Translations under genes and position numbers: made by a program
Shown: piece after piece, positions 40,451 to 44,558 of the stretch
Position numbering within the stretch: position 1 is the first letter of the stretch
Layout: the number at the start of each line of letters is the position of its first letter
Origin: Cyanophyceae cyanobacterium
GTDB lineage: Bacteria; Cyanobacteriota; Cyanobacteriia; Cyanobacteriales; Laspinemataceae
Direction: 5' to 3'
NCBI GenBank assembly: GCA_038321985.1
Contig: JBBQFN010000039.1
Coordinates: 1-44,558, forward strand
Length of the DNA stretch: 44,558 nt
The notes under the pieces: generated by a model
What the model was told of the DNA's origin: nothing
Seen by the model: the letters and a program-made list of their open reading frames with translations, nothing else
Database searches by the model: none

Positions 40451-40487
40451 ATCATACCATCCGGGGCGAGTCTTCTGATGGTATGAT
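40451..40487. terminator. Hairpin between the TPM gene and invertase
   Basis: ATCATACCATC / GATGGTATGAT perfect 11-bp IR; the right arm also contains TGgTATGAT, a possible extended -10. Confidence 0.45.
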
Positions 40488-40522
40488 AAAGTATCTCTCA
40501 AAGCAGTAAACTCAGGGAATTA

Positions 40523-41884
40523 ATGGTTACGGATAGCACTATCATCGACGAAGCATGGCAGATTCTTGAACAATCGATTATTTACTATAACGGTCATCCC
40601 GTGGGTACCGTTGCCGCTTCAGATTCCAGTGCTGAAGCACTCAATTACGATCAGTGTTTTATCCGGGATTTTGTCTCCTGTGCTCTAGTCTTTTTGATGA
40701 AGGGCAAAACCGCCATCGTCCGTAATTTTCTCGTCCAGACCTTAAAGTTACAAATCAAAGAAAGGCAACTGGATTTTCTAGAAGCGGGTCGAGGGTTGAT
40801 GCCCGCTAGTTTTAAAGTGGTTCACAGCAAGGAAGAGGAATATTTACTGGCCGACTTTGGCAACCATGCGATCGGGCGAGTTACGCCGGTTGATTCTTGT
40901 TTGTGGTGGATTTTTGTCTTGCGGAATTATGTCAATACTACGGGGGAACTGTCTCTAGCTCATCAACCGGATTTTCAAAAAGGTATTCGGTTAATTATGG
41001 AACTATGTTTGGTGGCTCGCTTCGATATGTACCCCACCATTTTAGTTCCCGATGGCGCTTGCATGATTGACCGACGCATGGGCATTGATGGTCATCCCTT
41101 GGAAATCCAATCTTTATTTTACTATGCCTTGCGATCAGCCAAAGAACTCCTGCTGCAAAATTTAGAAAATTCCTATATTAATCAAGCCGTAGAGAAACGA
41201 TTGGGCTCTCTAAAGAGTCACTTGCGCCAACATTATTGGCTAGATCTCGATCGCGTGAATGCCATTTACCGATACAAAGGGGAAGAATACGGCGAAACTG
41301 CCCTCAATCAATTTAATATTTATTCTGACTCGATTCCCTATGATCGCCTGAGTCGGTGGTTGCCAGAAGGGGGGGGGTATCTAGCCGGAAATCTCGGTCC
41401 TTCTCAACTCGATTGTCGGTTTTTTGCCCTGGGTAACTTAATGGCAATTTTATCCGGCTTAACCACCGCACAACAGTCTCTAGAAGTGATGACCCTCATC
41501 GAAAAACGATGGGAAAATTTAGTCGGACAAATGCCCATGAAAATTTGTTTTCCCGCCCTAGAAGGTCGAGATTGGGAAATGATGACCGGATGCGACCCTA
41601 AAAATAGGGCTTGGTCCTATCATAATGGGGGAAGTTGGCCGGTGTTGCTGTGGATGTTAACCGCAGCGGCGCTGCATACGGGAAAACCTGAGATTGCCCA
41701 AAAAGCGATTGATATTGCCTCAAAACGTTTGCACAAAGACGATTGGCCGGAATATTATGATGGGACAACGGGCAGACTAATCGGGAAAGAAGCCAGAAAA
41801 TATCAAACTTGGACACTTGCCGCATTTTTATTGGCGCAAGAACTGATTGAGCATCCCAATAATTTATCCCTCATGGTATTTTAA
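40523..41884 (+). CDS. Alkaline/neutral invertase (GH100)
   Basis: [53 protein letters not shown]. Confidence 0.95.
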   Translation: MVTDSTIIDEAWQILEQSIIYYNGHPVGTVAASDSSAEALNYDQCFIRDFVSCALVFLMKGKTAIVRNFLVQTLKLQIKERQLDFLEAGRGLMPASFKVVHSKEEEYLLADFGNHAIGRVTPVDSCLWWIFVLRNYVNTTGELSLAHQPDFQKGIRLIMELCLVARFDMYPTILVPDGACMIDRRMGIDGHPLEIQSLFYYALRSAKELLLQNLENSYINQAVEKRLGSLKSHLRQHYWLDLDRVNAIYRYKGEEYGETALNQFNIYSDSIPYDRLSRWLPEGGGYLAGNLGPSQLDCRFFALGNLMAILSGLTTAQQSLEVMTLIEKRWENLVGQMPMKICFPALEGRDWEMMTGCDPKNRAWSYHNGGSWPVLLWMLTAAALHTGKPEIAQKAIDIASKRLHKDDWPEYYDGTTGRLIGKEARKYQTWTLAAFLLAQELIEHPNNLSLMVF

Positions 41885-42108
41885 AGGGGAAAAACTAGGG
41901 CAGACTCTCCCTGAGAAGCTCTGCCTTCTGGAGCGCTCTGGTGGGCAATGGGTGGGGCGATCGCCGGTGGCAAGGGGGGAGATATCTTAGGAATACCCAC
42001 AGCCGTTTAATTGCCCCTAACCCCAATTCGTAAGAATATTTATCAAGAATACCCTCAAACCCATAAAATAAGAACTCGGCAGTTCTAACAAGCAGGTGTT
42101 TTCAAGCA

Positions 42109-42840
42109 GTGAAGCTCTTTGTGTACCATACTCCCGAACTAACCCCCACCGATAGCGTGCCAGATTGCGCGATCGCCGTTGACGTTTTACGCGCCACCAG
42201 CACGATCGCAACTGTACTGAATGCCGGTGCTGAAGCTGTGCAAGTGTTTAGTGATATGGATCAGCTCATGCAATTGAGCGAAGATTGGCCCGCTGAAAAA
42301 CGCCTGCGTGCTGGGGAACGCGGGGGGGCCAAAGTCGAGGGGTGCGACTTGGGAAACTCTCCCTTAGATTGCACTCCCGAACGAGTCAAAGACTGTCGTT
42401 TGTTTATCAGTACCACCAACGGGACAAGGGCGTTGCAACGGATCGAAGCAGCCCCCTCGGTACTCGCAGCGGCGTTAATTAATCGCCAAGCGGTGGTGAA
42501 CTATCTGCTGGAGACTAAGCCAGAAACCGTTTGGATTGTCGGTTCGGGTTGGGAAGGCAGCTATTCCCTAGAAGATACCGTCTGTGCCGGGGCGATCGCG
42601 GATGGCTTAGTAACGGGTACAGGTTTATCATTAAAGGAACTTGCCGGAAATGACGAGGCGATCGGAGCCTTAGCCCTCTATCGTCACTGGCAAGACGATT
42701 TATTAGGGTTAATGCATCACGCCAGTCACGGCCAACGCCTGCTCCGTCTTAACTGTACCGAAGACCTCTCCTACTGTGCTAAAACCGATATTTTAGATGT
42801 CGTCCCCCGACAAAAAGAACCGGGGGTTTTAGTTAAATAA
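42109..42840 (+). CDS. comB: 2-phosphosulfolactate phosphatase family protein
   Basis: [34 protein letters not shown]. Confidence 0.92.
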   Translation: MKLFVYHTPELTPTDSVPDCAIAVDVLRATSTIATVLNAGAEAVQVFSDMDQLMQLSEDWPAEKRLRAGERGGAKVEGCDLGNSPLDCTPERVKDCRLFISTTNGTRALQRIEAAPSVLAAALINRQAVVNYLLETKPETVWIVGSGWEGSYSLEDTVCAGAIADGLVTGTGLSLKELAGNDEAIGALALYRHWQDDLLGLMHHASHGQRLLRLNCTEDLSYCAKTDILDVVPRQKEPGVLVK

Positions 42841-42866
42841 ACTGTCCCTTTTTAAGAGGTTAACGG

Positions 42867-42891
42867 GTAGGGTCGGCTATGCCAACCCTAC
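42867..42891. repeat. GTAG-type REP-like hairpin between convergent genes (possible terminator)
   Basis: GTAGGGTCGGC-tat-GCCAACCCTAC. Confidence 0.5.
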
Positions 42892-42894
42892 TTT

Positions 42895-44253
42895 CTAATT
42901 TTTACCTCCCGACTGTCCCACAGAGACCGGGGACTGAAATAAGTCGATTAAATGAGTTGCAATCCGTCGGGAAGCGCCCGGTTCTCCCATGCGGCGCTGA
43001 CCATTTTCACCGATGAGTTGCAGCAAGTCCGGGTCCCGTAAGAGTTGCTGGATGACTTCGGCAACCTTATCCGGGCGCTTGACGACGGTTACCGAGGGTC
43101 CCAGTAAGCGGCTTTGAGCTTCGGCAAAGGCGGGGGTGAATTGGGGACCTTTCCCCGGGAGGGCGACGGCGGGTTTGCCTAATCCGACAAATTGCTCGGT
43201 TGCGGTTCCTGCCATTGCGATCGCCACATCTCCATAACGCAAACATTCCACAAATCCAGTCTGAGTGAGCAACAATCGCGCCTTTTTTTGGGTAAAGGTG
43301 AGTGCACCCGATGCTTGTAAGGAGGCGATCGCTTCGTCGATTTCTGATTTGCGGGTGTTATGCCCAATTTCCTCAGCTAGAGAGGATTGGCGATGCCATC
43401 CGTAATTTTCCAACTCCTGGGAGAAATGTTCGATTTTTAACCCGGGGGCGATCGCTGCCAGGATAACTGGCGTGCGATTATCGAAGGTTTCCACCACCGA
43501 CGCCACTCCCCAGAGGATTTGCTGCCAATTTGCATAAGATTCCGGTGCTCTAGATCCCGGTAACAGGGTCACTACCAGCGATCGCTGGGTTTCCTTGAGT
43601 TCCGAATCAGGGTCATAAAAAATGGGCGCTGAAGAGTCAACCTCCAAATCATCCATCATCGGATTGCCCAGATCTAAGGCAGGAATCGAAAACTGTTGTA
43701 AAGTTTCTGCGGTGAGAGAATCCCGGGGGAAAACGGCCCGACAGCGCTTGTTTCGCATCAAAGCTCGTTCCCACGGTAGATATACAGACCCCGCCCAACT
43801 CTCCAACCGCTCAAACCAGGTGCGACGGGGTAACACTCCTGCCTCATCCCGGAGATAATATTCGGATTTGGCTGTGCCGACAAAAGCGTAGGGAAGACCG
43901 CTCAACCGTGCTAATACCAAGGGGACAATATCCCCGACGGCTAAGACTGCATCCCCTTGTTTCGCCCACTGTCGCACTGCTTGATATTGTTTCCAGGTTA
44001 ACCCTACCAATCCGCTGGAGATATCCCCCCATAGCTGCCGTCCATCCATATAAACAAATCCCCCAGACGGCATTGGTTTGACCGGACCGACTATTTCCAC
44101 CTCCGGCAATTGCTGATAAGCACGTCCGTCACCGACGAGGGGGAGTGCCGCTAAGTCTGGAGAATTCGGATGCTGCTGGAGTTGCCTCAAAATCCGAAGG
44201 GCGATCGCATCTTCTCCATGACCATTACTCAGACAGAGTATTTTCAATCTCAC
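42895..44253 (-). CDS. Lipid-A-disaccharide synthase-related protein
   Basis: CLSNGHGED, MPSGGF, GTAKSEYY, LLPGSR, MAGTATEQFVGLGKP. Confidence 0.88.
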   Translation of the reverse strand: MRLKILCLSNGHGEDAIALRILRQLQQHPNSPDLAALPLVGDGRAYQQLPEVEIVGPVKPMPSGGFVYMDGRQLWGDISSGLVGLTWKQYQAVRQWAKQGDAVLAVGDIVPLVLARLSGLPYAFVGTAKSEYYLRDEAGVLPRRTWFERLESWAGSVYLPWERALMRNKRCRAVFPRDSLTAETLQQFSIPALDLGNPMMDDLEVDSSAPIFYDPDSELKETQRSLVVTLLPGSRAPESYANWQQILWGVASVVETFDNRTPVILAAIAPGLKIEHFSQELENYGWHRQSSLAEEIGHNTRKSEIDEAIASLQASGALTFTQKKARLLLTQTGFVECLRYGDVAIAMAGTATEQFVGLGKPAVALPGKGPQFTPAFAEAQSRLLGPSVTVVKRPDKVAEVIQQLLRDPDLLQLIGENGQRRMGEPGASRRIATHLIDLFQSPVSVGQSGGKN

Positions 44254-44386
44254 TTTCTCCGTTGATTCTTCTATCTATGCCGCACTCACTACCTTTCTTT
44301 GGAGGCGATCGCCTCATGGGTAAGCGATACCCAATCATCCCAGCCCCCGATTCAGTTGGATTCATCAATATAATTTGTTAAACCTA

Positions 44387-44414
44387 TTGCCATCCCCAAA
44401 ATTTTGATTATAAT
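44387..44414 (+). promoter_or_regulatory. Sigma70 promoter of ssrA
   Basis: TTGCCA-16 nt-TATAAT, ending 15 nt before the mature 5' end. Confidence 0.65.
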
Positions 44415-44429
44415 AGAAGAACAAGACAC

Positions 44430-44558
44430 GGGGCCGTACTGGTTTCGATAGTGGAGTGAAAGCTGCTCCGTGATTCAGGCCGAGAGTGAGTTGTCTCTCG
44501 TCAATCCCCAACTCCAAAAAAAAGTAAATGCGAACAACATCGTTCCTTTCGCTCGTAA
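44430..44558 (+). ncRNA. ssrA: tmRNA, 5' part (truncated by window end)
   Basis: GGGGCCGTACTGGTTTCGA 5' tRNA-like end; tag frame from 44530 reads ANNIVPFAR, the cyanobacterial-type tag. Confidence 0.95.

Larger units (their letters stand above)
1..44558. repeat. HIP1 octamer GCGATCGC dispersed throughout
   Basis: Dozens of copies in genes and intergenic DNA. Confidence 0.95.

Overview
Core-chromosome segment of a filamentous cyanobacterium (Oscillatoriales-like, inferred from the very frequent HIP1 octamer GCGATCGC and the gene content). It holds a signalling block (single-domain response regulator, six-PAS histidine kinase, REC-adenylate cyclase), clpS, a DUF2103-like protein, an orphan IS630-type HTH gene, xseB, a NurA nuclease, a HAD hydrolase, tRNA-Gln(UUG) and two divergent paralogous histidine kinases separated by 1.65 kb. 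Next come small membrane proteins, an aldo/keto reductase, a TPS-haemagglutinin/CHAT protease and two large paralogous surface proteins. The right end has a PucC-type MFS transporter, inositol monophosphatase, chaN-lemA opposite a TPM gene, a GH100 invertase, comB, a lipid-A-synthase-related gene and the 5' part of tmRNA. No CRISPR array, integrase or reverse transcriptase was seen. The best unexplained signals are a ~203-nt rod-shaped candidate ncRNA with its own -10 box just upstream of the cyclase (4372-4574), an 8-repeat propeller with near-invariant DNA framework and hypervariable loops inserted inside a cadherin-like domain, a 36-aa membrane microprotein missing from the ORF track, and a possibly domesticated transposase DNA-binding domain. 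All calls come from reading the sequence; no searches were run.
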